Source of the DNA: a virus
Taxonomy: Duplodnaviria > Caudoviricetes
IMG/VR virus record: IMGVR_UViG_3300028591_000169
Coordinates: 1 to 64,000 of that record
Strand: one strand, 5' to 3'
Length of the DNA stretch: 64,000 nt
The first letter of the stretch is position 1; each line of letters begins with the position of its first letter. The notes beneath the pieces are model-generated. The model saw only the letters and a list, made by a program, of their open reading frames with translations, did not search any database and had not been told where the DNA came from. The position numbers and the translations under genes were made by a program. Below are positions 18,859 to 30,433 of the stretch, piece by piece.

Positions 18859-21800
18859 CTAAATACCGATACACTTTCTTGCGTGATATTTCTCCATTTC
18901 GGAGAACTTATTCCAATCTTGATCCGAATAAGCTTCTCTCCGCAATCTTGTGAATTCATCATTGCTATCAAGCACATCGGCAAATGGACGATAAGTGGTC
19001 CCGAGCTTATATAAATCAGCATCAGTAAACGACTTATTCGCCATAAATACCTTTCCATCAACGGAGCCGCTATGTACGGGATGAAAGCCAAAGGCTTTAT
19101 AAAAATCAACGTTATCAGAAGTTGAGCCTATTATCATAGGAACCTCGCTTTCGGAAGCGGTACGTATCAGGGCGGAATAATCACTTCCTCCGGCGGGAAG
19201 GGCGCGAACCACGACAAAGACCCCAGAATTCTCGTCGCGAACGCCAAACAAGGATGACTCCGTTCCTGAATTATACTCGTAAAGATTATTCGAATTTACG
19301 AAGCGCCTCATCCCAATAAGCGAAGAATACCGGTCATTGGCTGCTACAAGTTGAGAAAGCGAAAGATACTTCCCTGGACCAGTAAACCTTCCCTTGGTAG
19401 GAACAAGATTACCATCATTGAAAAGAGTCCAATCGTAGGCGTAATTATAGTTTTCTTCGACAGTCGGTATCTTGGTCGACATGGCCACACCATCGACGGA
19501 GGCGCCAGAGGCAATCCGTTTCGCTTTTTCAAATTCCTCGCCAGTCTTGAATGTAACCTTGCCGGTTTCCTGCAATTCGACCTGCCTGTCCACGACAGAC
19601 ATTAGCTTATCCTTCAGGTCGGTATAATATGAGCCAGTCTTCTTTTTGAATAAAGACTTGAGTTTGTTAGCTATGAAGCTGACTATCCGCGCAAAGACAC
19701 TTGGTTTCTTATTGTCAATCTCCTCGGGAGTTTTGACTTCCTTGGCAAGCTTCTGGAGTTTCGGATTACTGAAAAACTCGGCAATGAATTCAAACGGATT
19801 CTCGAATGCATACGCAGACTCGTATGCGCCAAGTACGCGAGAAAGACGCTTGTTACCAATACTGTCCTGGAGATAGTTCATTTCGGACTTTATGTCCTCA
19901 TACAAATTCCTGTCATACCGCAAGGCAACAACAGTGAATGCATGGACTATCTCATGCATAAGCGTCTGATATCCAAGCGAGTCTTTACCAATAACGATAG
20001 AATCGGTAAATATACTTTGAGCCTCATTGAAACGGAACTTGTTTGTTCCAATGGTTGAACCGCCGCGAGAAGACTTCGCGCCGGTAAGGTCAGCAAGCTC
20101 AACAAGGACGTCATCATAAAAACTAATTCCAGAAATCTTATCAAGAAATTCAGAATACTGCGGGGCATGTTTCTTCAGATGTTCGATAGCCTGCCTAACG
20201 GTATGGATCTTCTTCATCTTTTCGACTTCGCGCTGTCTCGAGCGGAAATTCGAATCAGCCTCCTGTTCGAATTCGTCTTCATTGTCGGGCTCCTCGTCTT
20301 TTGCCCCTTCCTGCCCCTTCTCGATTTCTTTCCTCGCCTCATTGACGCGTTCAGCCTCGGCGGATTTCTTTCTGGTCGTTTTCTTGGACTTTTCGCTCTT
20401 CAATTCATTCTTGAATTTAGCGAGCTCGTCTGCGGTCATAAACCTTCCGCCATTATCTGTAATGACAAAACCCTCGTCTTTGTTCTTGGTGAAGTCTTTA
20501 AGAAGAACTCTATCGCCGATACGCCCATCGCCAGTAGTGCTATTACCATACTTATCGGCAATGATTGCAATGGCGCGAGCTGTGCGAACAAAATCCCTGG
20601 CATCCTTAAAGCCAAGTTTCTTGATTTCGGCATCAATAGATTTCGTTGAAGTAATTGGACTAAACCATTTCCCGGAGCCAATCTTTGCTTCGCCGGTAGA
20701 AAGATTAAATTGAATCTCCCTTCCGCCAATCTCCATGGTTGCAATCTTTTCGGAACCCTTGCCTTTGGTCTTTCTGTTCGTCACCTTAACAGTTCCCCTG
20801 CCGGAACCAGCGGCGGGATGAGCGGGGCGCAAGAACTTCTTCTGAGCAACAGACCAGTAATCCATGATATAGGACGGCATGCTCAAATCGAAATCCTTAA
20901 CGTCGGTCAACAACATTTTGGCGTCAACAAGTTCGCGAATTCTTTCGGATAGCTCGTCGGATTCTTCGCTAAAATGAGCCGGACTTATCTGCGCAATGGG
21001 GCCCTTGTGGATTTCGCCGGATTCGGTCTCGAATTCAAGGTCATTCATCGCGTCGATAATCTGTTCGCGAAGCGTATATTCGCTGCCATCTGGTTTTGTC
21101 TTGCCGCGAACAATCATGACGGGGTTATCTTCACCGCTATCTTCATAGTGGGTGTTGATTACCATCACAACGTCATCATTGGTGAACCACCCCTGGTGCT
21201 CAGCACACAGTTCCTTTATAAAGAATTGTGTCTTAATCTTTCCCTTCGAACGGAAATATAGCAAGTTCTGGAGCGAGTTCAGCGAAGACTCGGTTTTAGA
21301 CGCCCAGGCCCAAAGCTTGAAAAGTCGAATCTTTTCTTTCTCGTTGCTGTTTGTAACGGCTGCAACAATCTTATCGATAGCGTCGCTTACACGCTTTCCG
21401 AATCCGGATGCAATGACCTCAGGATTATTCAAATCGAGCGTATCATTGTTTACATTCTGCGTATACAGCATGACCGGAATAAACTTATTCTTTCCGGAGG
21501 GAACAAGGAGATAGGCAAAGCCGGGCTTTATCTGGTTACTGGCGCCCATTCTGAATTGAACCTGGCTTATGTCGACTGAATTATTGCTGAAATAGTATTC
21601 CTGACCACCCTTTTCGTCGTTTACGAACATGATCACAGGCTCCTTGAGACCATCAAATCCAGGAATCTCGTCAATTGGAACGTTGCTTTCGGTAGTTACA
21701 AAGCCGGAGTCCTGCTTTTCGCGAAGATGATTAACATACTTCTCGGAAATCCACATACCATCAGCATTCTTCTTGCTGCCAGTTTCAAGATATTCTGTCT

Positions 21801-24800
21801 TGATAAGTTCCTTTAATTCTGCAAGACCGGAATACGTCTCTCCTCCTTCAACTTCTTCCGGAAGTGTTCCGATCTTTATATTAGAATCGCCAGCAAGAAT
21901 ATAGACGGGACCGTCTTCGTTTTCCATACCGAAATGCAGCTCGGAATCTTCGGGAAGACTTTTCAAAACTTCCGCGACAGCCTGACCATCAGAACCAAGC
22001 ATTGCCATATCCATGTTCGGAGCAATGAACTTGTGCGGATTAGTCTTCTTGCCGGCGTCCTTACCTTCTTTCTTCTTGGTCTCGGGCTTTGGCTTCGACG
22101 GCTTTGTCTTATTCCCGATAGGAAGGAACTGAGCTATTTTCTGCGGGAAATTCACATTCAATGGTGTCCAACCTCCGGCTGGAACATTATTGCCGTTAAG
22201 CCATTCGGTAAGACCAAGACCTTCTTCATTCTGAAGTTTGGCGACGTCTTCTGGATCTATCTCGTTTCCCTTCATGTCGTAGGCAACGGGAAGCATGTAT
22301 TCCCTACCGCCCTTCTGCATAACAGCTCCCGGATAATACAGATAGATAATGCCAGTCGCGGGTACGCCGTCGAAATAGACATCTGCCTTGTCAAGGTTAA
22401 CCTTCAATATGTTTGCGCCACCAAGAACATCGTGGCCCATCCTTGCGTTTTTCTTGAGGTCGTTACAGATTTCTTCAAACTTCTTCTGAGTGAGCGTATT
22501 ACCGGTTGTCTTGAACTTGGTATTACCCTCTCCTGGCTCTTCCTGCTGTCCTGGTTTTTTCTTGGAGATAGTACGCTGTTTGAATTTACCGTATGTCTTA
22601 AGTTTTTTAGCCGCCGCCTCAACAGCTTCGTCCATAAGCGCGACGGCTTTTTCGCCGGCAATACCCGGAGCAATATCCTTGGCAGAATGTTTCGAAGTCA
22701 GGTCAAATGCGGTATCGGAATTATGCATGAAATATTTCCATGCGGCAAGAGCCTGCTTGATATCTTCTTCTGTGGCACCAGATTTTTCGGCGATTTCCCT
22801 AACGTGCTTTTCGAGCGCCTTGTCAATATCGCGAACCTTCAGGTATTCATCGGCAACCTTGTTTCCTCTGTCAGCTTCTCTCTTGATATCAGCAAGCGTT
22901 TCGTTCGGGACGTCTCCGAGTTCATCCATAGCATTGACAAACTCGGATAACTTTTCAGTTGTAGAAAGCGTCTGAACAGCTTTGACAGCTTGGGATATAC
23001 GCCGCAGTTCTTCCTGCTGACGGCGAATTCTTGTCATACGCTTCTGAATTAACTCCGGGTCATTGGAAAGCATGGAAATATTATCAATATACTTTCCGCG
23101 CTCCTTCATGTCATATATGCCATCACCGGCATCTTTCAGTGCAACTTCGAGCTCGGACTTGTTTGTCGTGTCCTTCTTGTCCTTGTACTTATTCTTTAGC
23201 CAAGTGAAGTATGCTGGAGAACCGATGATGTCATAATCTGTCAGGTCCTTCGTTTGGTCCGCATGCGAAGTTCTATAAGCAGAGAGCATCGCGCTGGTTT
23301 CCGGATGCGCGAGTATGTCCTTAAGATCGTGCTCAATTTCGTTAAGATGGGTGGTCTGCCACGTCATTTCGGCGATTTGTGCGTCAGGCAGCATGTTCCC
23401 ATACACAGTCTTTATGTCATCAGCCACCTTAATGTAATCATCAAGCTGACGCTTCATCTTCTCGACATTCTTATTTATGAGATTTCTCATGCCGGAAGTC
23501 GTCATTTTCTGAACATCGTCGCTAGCCGGGAACAGCTTTTTTATCTGCTCAATCGTATCATCGGAAACAGTGCTGAATGAATCAATAATGTCTATGAAAT
23601 CCTGCAATCTTCCAGCTCTCTCAAACATCATCGCGTCATTAACGAGCTGCGCATGATCGGCTTTCTTGTATAAGTTCTGGTCACCTTGCTTGACAGCGCT
23701 TTCCTTAATGGAGTCAAAATGCGCATTCCCGATCTTGCCATAATAATAATTCAGAAAACTCGGGGATGAAAGTTTGTTATTAAGATTCTCGACAAGCTTA
23801 TTCCTGCGATCATACATGTCGTTCTGCTCGCGAATAGGTGACCAGATACCACCTTCCATTGTGAGTTTCGGAGTGCGCTTTCCGTTTTCATTCACCTTGA
23901 CAGATATAGAAGGAAGACCCAAGAAGCCCATGAAGCCACCAGCGAATCCCTCCACCCAGTCATCCTTGTTAAGCCAAGACTGACGCATTCCCTCCTTGGC
24001 GGCATCGAGCCACGAAACGGTATCAGCAACAGCAATAGGGTCATAAAGCCTCTCCATGAATTCAGTCGTATCTCCCATGGCTTTTGCCTTGGCGGTTGCG
24101 CTAAAGAATGACTGATTCATTTCTTCCTGCATTTCGACAAGGACATTCCTAGAACCGGCACCAACCTTACCAAGGAAATCCGTGAACTTCGTGCCCTTTG
24201 ACGCGTACCTGGTCGCTTTTATAAGTTCTTCCGGGGTTTTCGCGGCGCCCTTGAGCGCAGCATTCTCAGTGACTTTCTTGATGCCCTTTACGAGATTTCT
24301 GTCGATAGCATATCCACCAAGCATGGCCTTGCCCCATTGAATCATATCACCGGCGGTCAAAAGCGGAACGTTCAGCGCAAAGATTGTATTTGCGACCATC
24401 GCCTTGTCATGGGCTATCTGCTCTTTAAGGTCATAGTAATTCTCGTCGACCAGCGCCTTCTGCTCGTCGTAATATGCCTTACCTTCCGGAGTATTGATAT
24501 CAAGACCGTTCTTATCCATCGTTCTCTGGATGCGACGGATTGCCTTAGCTCGCTCCATGTCCAAATCACCGTACATGTCTTCCAATGACTTTTCGAATTC
24601 AGACACACCGTTCAGGGCCTCAATACGAGCTTCACCAGTACCGGCGAGAAGACCACCGGCAATCTGTAGGCCAAGTTCATAGTTTTTCAACTGCTTCGCA
24701 CTTTCGGCAAGCGCTTTGACGGCAGCTTCTTTTTCAAGACTTGTAGAGCCTTTCGCCAAGATTTCTACAACTTCACTGGCACTCTTGCCTTCAAGACCGA

Positions 24801-25608
24801 GCTCCGCGGCAAGACCCTTGAACGCATCACGCGCTTCTTTTGCGCCGGTTAATTTACCAAGAACATTAACTGATGCCTTAGCCCCGACAACAGCGCCAAT
24901 AGTAAAACCGGCATTCTTGATGAGGGTATCACCAATAAAATTCGCGGTGAACATATTTTCCCACCACGGACGGTTACGCTCTTCAGACGTCTGGTTGTTC
25001 CTGAATATTTCCTCTGATTTCTCATTGATCCCCTGGAGATAAGCAGAAACAGGATTACTGACAAGCGCATTCAGGAAGTCGCGCCCGGAATGAATATTCC
25101 CGCTCGAAGACTCAACTGCGAGATTAATGATTCCAGCAGGAAGTCCAACCCAGGAATCAGCAGCAGTTGTGGCGGCGAGAATTCCCATCTTAGCAATGGA
25201 GTTTCCATATACACCAAGCGTTGACTGCTGACGAGCACGAGCATCTTCAATGTCGTTGAGTTGAGACGGGCTGGTAAACCGCCTGTCAAAACGCGATTCG
25301 CCAAAACCAACCGACGCGGCTTCAAGACCGATATCTTCAGATGGATTGGTCTCGAGATACCCCTGATACTGCGACTGCATCCGCTCGTTTCGGGAAGGCG
25401 TCCAATTAAGCATCTGATTAAGAAGCTCACCCTCCTCGTCTATTTCGCGCATTCTCTGCCTGAACCGTTTGGCGGGTTCGTCTTCATATCGCCCGAATCG
25501 CGGATCTCCGGTTTCACGAAGATCGTTAAGCCTGTTTGCAAGTCCCGGGTTCGGAGCGATAGCGGATTCAAAAGTCAATCCACGGAGTCCCTGTTCTGTA
25601 TTTGCCAT
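18859..25608 (-). CDS. Large virion cargo / polyvalent protein (2249 aa) with zincin HExxH motif and GNAT-like C-terminus
   Basis: Upstream member of the RNAP cluster; TLMHEIVHA at 19942-19956; NVDFYKAFGF near 19080-19110. Confidence 0.75.
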   Translation of the reverse strand: MANTEQGLRGLTFESAIAPNPGLANRLNDLRETGDPRFGRYEDEPAKRFRQRMREIDEEGELLNQMLNWTPSRNERMQSQYQGYLETNPSEDIGLEAASVGFGESRFDRRFTSPSQLNDIEDARARQQSTLGVYGNSIAKMGILAATTAADSWVGLPAGIINLAVESSSGNIHSGRDFLNALVSNPVSAYLQGINEKSEEIFRNNQTSEERNRPWWENMFTANFIGDTLIKNAGFTIGAVVGAKASVNVLGKLTGAKEARDAFKGLAAELGLEGKSASEVVEILAKGSTSLEKEAAVKALAESAKQLKNYELGLQIAGGLLAGTGEARIEALNGVSEFEKSLEDMYGDLDMERAKAIRRIQRTMDKNGLDINTPEGKAYYDEQKALVDENYYDLKEQIAHDKAMVANTIFALNVPLLTAGDMIQWGKAMLGGYAIDRNLVKGIKKVTENAALKGAAKTPEELIKATRYASKGTKFTDFLGKVGAGSRNVLVEMQEEMNQSFFSATAKAKAMGDTTEFMERLYDPIAVADTVSWLDAAKEGMRQSWLNKDDWVEGFAGGFMGFLGLPSISVKVNENGKRTPKLTMEGGIWSPIREQNDMYDRRNKLVENLNNKLSSPSFLNYYYGKIGNAHFDSIKESAVKQGDQNLYKKADHAQLVNDAMMFERAGRLQDFIDIIDSFSTVSDDTIEQIKKLFPASDDVQKMTTSGMRNLINKNVEKMKRQLDDYIKVADDIKTVYGNMLPDAQIAEMTWQTTHLNEIEHDLKDILAHPETSAMLSAYRTSHADQTKDLTDYDIIGSPAYFTWLKNKYKDKKDTTNKSELEVALKDAGDGIYDMKERGKYIDNISMLSNDPELIQKRMTRIRRQQEELRRISQAVKAVQTLSTTEKLSEFVNAMDELGDVPNETLADIKREADRGNKVADEYLKVRDIDKALEKHVREIAEKSGATEEDIKQALAAWKYFMHNSDTAFDLTSKHSAKDIAPGIAGEKAVALMDEAVEAAAKKLKTYGKFKQRTISKKKPGQQEEPGEGNTKFKTTGNTLTQKKFEEICNDLKKNARMGHDVLGGANILKVNLDKADVYFDGVPATGIIYLYYPGAVMQKGGREYMLPVAYDMKGNEIDPEDVAKLQNEEGLGLTEWLNGNNVPAGGWTPLNVNFPQKIAQFLPIGNKTKPSKPKPETKKKEGKDAGKKTNPHKFIAPNMDMAMLGSDGQAVAEVLKSLPEDSELHFGMENEDGPVYILAGDSNIKIGTLPEEVEGGETYSGLAELKELIKTEYLETGSKKNADGMWISEKYVNHLREKQDSGFVTTESNVPIDEIPGFDGLKEPVIMFVNDEKGGQEYYFSNNSVDISQVQFRMGASNQIKPGFAYLLVPSGKNKFIPVMLYTQNVNNDTLDLNNPEVIASGFGKRVSDAIDKIVAAVTNSNEKEKIRLFKLWAWASKTESSLNSLQNLLYFRSKGKIKTQFFIKELCAEHQGWFTNDDVVMVINTHYEDSGEDNPVMIVRGKTKPDGSEYTLREQIIDAMNDLEFETESGEIHKGPIAQISPAHFSEESDELSERIRELVDAKMLLTDVKDFDLSMPSYIMDYWSVAQKKFLRPAHPAAGSGRGTVKVTNRKTKGKGSEKIATMEIGGREIQFNLSTGEAKIGSGKWFSPITSTKSIDAEIKKLGFKDARDFVRTARAIAIIADKYGNSTTGDGRIGDRVLLKDFTKNKDEGFVITDNGGRFMTADELAKFKNELKSEKSKKTTRKKSAEAERVNEARKEIEKGQEGAKDEEPDNEDEFEQEADSNFRSRQREVEKMKKIHTVRQAIEHLKKHAPQYSEFLDKISGISFYDDVLVELADLTGAKSSRGGSTIGTNKFRFNEAQSIFTDSIVIGKDSLGYQTLMHEIVHAFTVVALRYDRNLYEDIKSEMNYLQDSIGNKRLSRVLGAYESAYAFENPFEFIAEFFSNPKLQKLAKEVKTPEEIDNKKPSVFARIVSFIANKLKSLFKKKTGSYYTDLKDKLMSVVDRQVELQETGKVTFKTGEEFEKAKRIASGASVDGVAMSTKIPTVEENYNYAYDWTLFNDGNLVPTKGRFTGPGKYLSLSQLVAANDRYSSLIGMRRFVNSNNLYEYNSGTESSLFGVRDENSGVFVVVRALPAGGSDYSALIRTASESEVPMIIGSTSDNVDFYKAFGFHPVHSGSVDGKVFMANKSFTDADLYKLGTTYRPFADVLDSNDEFTRLRREAYSDQDWNKFSEMEKYHARKCIGI

Positions 25609-25613
25609 ATCAA

Positions 25614-27581
25614 TTATTCAATATAATATTCGTCCTCATCATCATAATCATAGCCGGAAGTATCCATATTGTCTCCACCGGATTTAGCCGACCAACCCTC
25701 CTTGTATGGATTAGGAGACCAAGGCGTATTTGCGCTGTCAAACAAACCAAGAGCAAATGACCTGACCAATGCATTATAAACCGCACGGTCTACATTGTTC
25801 CCGTTTTTCACCATCGGTCCGTAGTTTTGCATAAGGATGTCTGCGAAGTAACGAAGATCGATAGTGTCTCCATAGGTGGTCATTGATGCAATAAGATTAT
25901 CTATCTTATTCTGTTCCTCCTGCGGAACGCCATCCGGGAGTGCGGAGTCAAACATGTGCTGGAGTTGCGCCGCATTAACATAGGCGGTTGTTCCATACAA
26001 CACGGTCTTCGGATCAAGATAAACCATTCTATCATTATACTTGCCGACATCCTGCGAATTATCAGAAGCGTCTCTCTGTACTACGATTTTCCCGGTTCTC
26101 GCATCAAAGCCAATGAGAAGATTGTCGGATTCAAGAAGAGCCTTGAGTTCGCTTGCCTTTACAGCCGATCCGTCAGAATATTTCGCAACACTCTCGGCTA
26201 CCTTGGCATTTCTCTTGCCTGACAATTCTCCTATATTCGGCTTGAAGACTGTACGCGCGATGTTCGAAGTGGCAGAAGGAAGTACACTAAACTGATAAAT
26301 ATGTTCATTGCTAACGGACTTGTCAATATCACTCTTTAGTTGCGCAAGAACCGGGTCAAGATCGGTCTTTGTAATATAATTATCTTTCCCGCCGCTTAGC
26401 TCACCAAAGTACTTACTGTCAACCAAAACATCAAGCGCCTGGTCCACTGCGTCAACGAATGAGCCGTCTTCATTATAAAAACCACTCGTCTTCTTTAATT
26501 CATTCAGCGTATTTAATGCCTCATAGACCTTGTTTTTATCTTCGAACTCGTTGTATCCATTCTTGTCGGAAGGTCCTCTGAGAGAATTTCCGCGATGCCT
26601 GATAATGTTCGGAGCGTATACGGAATTGCCATTACCGGAACCACCCTTCGCGGCAGCTTTAACCCTTGCAACATCAAGATTGTGCTTATATCGCATGTCT
26701 TCGAGATCAATCTTCTGCTGCTGCGCCCAATCAAGATCCTGCAAGAATTGGACGTCGGATTTGCCAATTGCACTGGAAAGACCTTTCTTTCCATAATCAA
26801 TAAGCCTATCGAATTCGGACTTGTCGACCTTGCCAAACGCTCCGGTAGAATTAAGATTCGAAGAAAGGACACTGGCGAGAATAGAAGACGCTGGATCAAG
26901 TTTATCCAAAAGTCGCGTATCGCCATTATATGCAGCTCTGACAGCAAGCGTTGCCGCCTCAACCTGACCACTTGTAAATCCTTCTTTTTTCAGGATAGGA
27001 ATATATCCCTTGAGCTGAGGATATTTGTCAAGAATCTCTGGATTGTTAAGCATCTCATCCATTCTGGCCTTTGCATCTGCGGCAACCTCGCCGGCAAATG
27101 CAGTTCCACTATATGAATAATAATCCCTGCCAAACCTATCGTTCGCAAGAAACTTGTCGAGGGCTGCGGTTCCAGGGTCTTCTGCCATAACCATATCAGG
27201 ATGCTCGTGCTTTGTCTTCCAATATTCATTGCTCAAATCCTGACGGGCCTTGATAGCGGTTCCAAGTCTTGTTATATCACTGGCGTATCCGGCCCTGGCC
27301 AATGCAAGGTCGCGCCTTGTTCCGGCATTGTATCCGCGCTCCCATAAATTATTCTGAAGGTTAGTGAGCTTCTCGGTATAAGAATCATACATTCTCCTCG
27401 CTTCAGAATCATCTGGCTCTCGCATGATATATTGGCGAAGAGCCTCGGTCTCTGCAACTAAAGTATCATAAGAGTCCTGTGCTGCATTATGAGCCTCAAC
27501 GGTCTGCATAATGGGCTTAGCCAACTCATCATATGTATACGGCTGAAAATAAGAGCCGCTTGTAACTAAAAACTTAGGCAT
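25614..27581 (-). CDS. Virion cargo protein (655 aa)
   Basis: crAss-like N-terminus (VTSGSYFQPYTYDELAKP); lies between the muzzle and the RNAP cluster. Confidence 0.7.
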   Translation of the reverse strand: MPKFLVTSGSYFQPYTYDELAKPIMQTVEAHNAAQDSYDTLVAETEALRQYIMREPDDSEARRMYDSYTEKLTNLQNNLWERGYNAGTRRDLALARAGYASDITRLGTAIKARQDLSNEYWKTKHEHPDMVMAEDPGTAALDKFLANDRFGRDYYSYSGTAFAGEVAADAKARMDEMLNNPEILDKYPQLKGYIPILKKEGFTSGQVEAATLAVRAAYNGDTRLLDKLDPASSILASVLSSNLNSTGAFGKVDKSEFDRLIDYGKKGLSSAIGKSDVQFLQDLDWAQQQKIDLEDMRYKHNLDVARVKAAAKGGSGNGNSVYAPNIIRHRGNSLRGPSDKNGYNEFEDKNKVYEALNTLNELKKTSGFYNEDGSFVDAVDQALDVLVDSKYFGELSGGKDNYITKTDLDPVLAQLKSDIDKSVSNEHIYQFSVLPSATSNIARTVFKPNIGELSGKRNAKVAESVAKYSDGSAVKASELKALLESDNLLIGFDARTGKIVVQRDASDNSQDVGKYNDRMVYLDPKTVLYGTTAYVNAAQLQHMFDSALPDGVPQEEQNKIDNLIASMTTYGDTIDLRYFADILMQNYGPMVKNGNNVDRAVYNALVRSFALGLFDSANTPWSPNPYKEGWSAKSGGDNMDTSGYDYDDEDEYYIE

Positions 27582-27586
27582 ATCTT

Positions 27587-30430
27587 TTAGTTATTTTTCT
27601 TCTTGAACGGGACTAACGGTCTGAAAGTGAGATCCAACCCTTTATTATATCCCATGAAAGGATCGCTGCTATACTTAGGGACAGAACCAACATTAAATGC
27701 AGGAACAGGTTTTAATGCAGTTGCGGTGGTTACTTTGGCTTCGGTATTTTTTTCTGGAATCGTGGATATCGCCTCCATTCTACCAGTTAATGGATTATAA
27801 AATATACCGCCATTAACACCCGTTCTATAACCAAGGAATGCCGGATTCGTATTAATCTGGTTCATGGCAAAATTCTCTTGCCCTATTCCAGAAAGAGCCT
27901 GTAGACCATTGCTGATCTGATTACTGATAGAATTATATTTATCTCCCTCTGCTTCATAATTAAGCCTTTGAACCATCAGGTCGTTTTGTGTGTTCCGAAC
28001 CGCAGCGTCATTAAGTGCTTGCTTTCTTGCGGCATCAACCGTGTAATCAAACTGAGCCCGTTGCGCTTCCGCCTGATTATTAGCAGCCGTTACAGCATTC
28101 CGTCTCTGATTATTCGCCTCCCACGCCTGGATGAACCCAGTGCCAAGATTACCAGTAGTATTGTTATCAGCAGCAAGGATTGCAGCAGCAGAAGACGGAC
28201 CAAGACCAGAATTACGCAAAGCACGATTGGTAGCATTGCCCTGTGCGATCTGGGCATTAGCTATCATATTCTGATCAATGGGGTTATATACCTGATTCTG
28301 AAGATTAATCCTTCCTTCAGGCAACTGCGGGTTGATGTGCGGGACCGTATATCTATCGGGCTGCTGAAATACATTGTACAAACCAAGCAGGCCAGAGCCG
28401 ATAGCCCCGGCATAACGAGGCCGGGTAGGAAGAAGATTGTTGGGATCAGAAGTCGACTTGTCATCTTCTGCTGCGGAAGATGTAATATCAGAAATCGGAT
28501 GAGGAGTTATTTTTAATCCATCAGGACGAGTATTTATTACCTGATTAGGAAAATTATAGCCAGCAGGACCATCCGCATATACATAAGACGGAGCGAGCAC
28601 TTCCGAAGAATGGTTCTCATCATTTATCACAAATGCATTATGAATCCCATCTTGATTGCTTGTCGCAACACCACTGACAGACGGAGATGATGGCGCATCT
28701 GCAAAAACATAAGATGGTTCCAGGATAGTGTTCGAACGAAGAATACCGGAACCGATAGCGCCATTACCAATAGTAAAAACAGGAGGCACAACATCGGATG
28801 TTCCAAGCGTCATCGGGAAATTACGAAGAACCCCATAGCTAAAAGGAGATTTATATCCTCCTGGCCAAAAAAGATTTCCGCCATTAGCGAGAATTCTATG
28901 TTTTGCATTATCGTGCTTTTCCTCCTCAACAGCATGCACACCATATCCGATACCGCTACCAACAATAGGCATCTTATACTGCCACTCGCCATGATTCCAC
29001 CATTTATTCTTGGCGCTCTTGGCTTTCTCGAGTTCTTTTGCAGCAACTTCTGCCGCTGCTTTAACCTCATCGGTGGCACCCTCTGCCGCAGCCAACGCGG
29101 ACTTCTCCTTATAAATCTTCTCAAGTCCGGCTATCTCTTCCTCAAGAGCGGCCCGGTTATACATCGGTCCACCGGTAAATGCACCAATGGTCTTATTAGC
29201 TGCCTCAACTTGAGCACGAGTTGTCTTCGCTGATGCTTTCAGTGCGTCGACATCCGCCCTTGCTGATCTCGCCTCAAGTTCTGCAAGCGTTTGCTGGAGT
29301 GCTTTGTTATTAGGATCTGCGGCAAGATTAGCTCTTGCAATCTTTACTTCATCTGCAATAGCATTCGCGGTATTTCTAGCTGCGCTTGAGGCGGCTTTCG
29401 CTTCATCTACGACGGCGCGTGCCTCCTGAAGCATTGTCTTTCTACCAGAAGCCTCAACGAGTTTACCGGGTGCATTCTTAATCGCATTACCTATCTTTTT
29501 CAAGCCACGCCATACACTTCTTCCAATCGGGCCAGTGACTCTACCAGCCTGTCGCATGAGCGGAGAACCAAATGCCTGAGTCGCATCTTCCGGAATTAAG
29601 AAACTGGCAACTTTCCCAACAGTTGAATTATCCCACCATTCCTGTGCATCATCAATAGCCCGTACAACTTTATTGTCAGAACCAAGAGCCATTTCAAGAA
29701 GCGAAGGGACCTCTGGTGCCACATAATTGTCGCCATAATTCAGGTTGTCAAAAGAAAAAACCTCTCGTCCACCGCCGCCTACAGAAGAACCTTGCGGTTT
29801 AACACCCGGATCTCCGGGGACAACTCGACCTGGAGTGCCATCACCAAATACGCGAAGAAATCCACCATTAGCCATCATTGGCATTCCTTCTGTCGGAATA
29901 GATTCAGCAGGCCCCATCATCTGTTCAGGAGAAGCTTCCATCGGTGCCTGTTCCGGAGCAATCTGTTCCTGTTCTCCCTGAGCAAGCATCGCTTCCAACT
30001 GGTCAAGTTCTTCCGGTGAAAGCTGAGCCAGCTCATCTTCCAAGTCTCTCTGTTCCTTCGCTTGCTTCTGACTTTCCTGAGCATCTGCAAGTCTACCAAG
30101 AAGAGCTTCAAGACCGTTACGAGAAATCGGATCAAGCGGTCTCTCCTCTGCCTCTGAGAACAAATCATCGGCTATCTTGGAATACAGCTTTCCTGTATAC
30201 TTCTTCGGAAGATTGTTGTCTACAAGAAACTGTTCCTCGGCTTCAATGTTATCGGAGTAAACATAGTCCTTGTACACCGGTTCACCTTCTTCAAGGAGAT
30301 TCGGATTGCCTTCAGGGTCAACTCCAATCTGAACGCCACCGTTGGGGTTCTCCTCGTGGGAACCGCCCTCGTTGACTCTCAGATAATCTTTCGGCGCAAA
30401 ATATCCGCCATGGGTATCAAACTTCGACAT
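27587..30430 (-). CDS. Virion cargo protein (947 aa)
   Basis: NEGGSHEENPNGGVQIG...EEGE motif typical of crAss cargo proteins; hydrophobic GAIGSGLLGLYNVF segment. Confidence 0.75.
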   Translation of the reverse strand: MSKFDTHGGYFAPKDYLRVNEGGSHEENPNGGVQIGVDPEGNPNLLEEGEPVYKDYVYSDNIEAEEQFLVDNNLPKKYTGKLYSKIADDLFSEAEERPLDPISRNGLEALLGRLADAQESQKQAKEQRDLEDELAQLSPEELDQLEAMLAQGEQEQIAPEQAPMEASPEQMMGPAESIPTEGMPMMANGGFLRVFGDGTPGRVVPGDPGVKPQGSSVGGGGREVFSFDNLNYGDNYVAPEVPSLLEMALGSDNKVVRAIDDAQEWWDNSTVGKVASFLIPEDATQAFGSPLMRQAGRVTGPIGRSVWRGLKKIGNAIKNAPGKLVEASGRKTMLQEARAVVDEAKAASSAARNTANAIADEVKIARANLAADPNNKALQQTLAELEARSARADVDALKASAKTTRAQVEAANKTIGAFTGGPMYNRAALEEEIAGLEKIYKEKSALAAAEGATDEVKAAAEVAAKELEKAKSAKNKWWNHGEWQYKMPIVGSGIGYGVHAVEEEKHDNAKHRILANGGNLFWPGGYKSPFSYGVLRNFPMTLGTSDVVPPVFTIGNGAIGSGILRSNTILEPSYVFADAPSSPSVSGVATSNQDGIHNAFVINDENHSSEVLAPSYVYADGPAGYNFPNQVINTRPDGLKITPHPISDITSSAAEDDKSTSDPNNLLPTRPRYAGAIGSGLLGLYNVFQQPDRYTVPHINPQLPEGRINLQNQVYNPIDQNMIANAQIAQGNATNRALRNSGLGPSSAAAILAADNNTTGNLGTGFIQAWEANNQRRNAVTAANNQAEAQRAQFDYTVDAARKQALNDAAVRNTQNDLMVQRLNYEAEGDKYNSISNQISNGLQALSGIGQENFAMNQINTNPAFLGYRTGVNGGIFYNPLTGRMEAISTIPEKNTEAKVTTATALKPVPAFNVGSVPKYSSDPFMGYNKGLDLTFRPLVPFKKKNN

Positions 30431-30433
30431 ATC

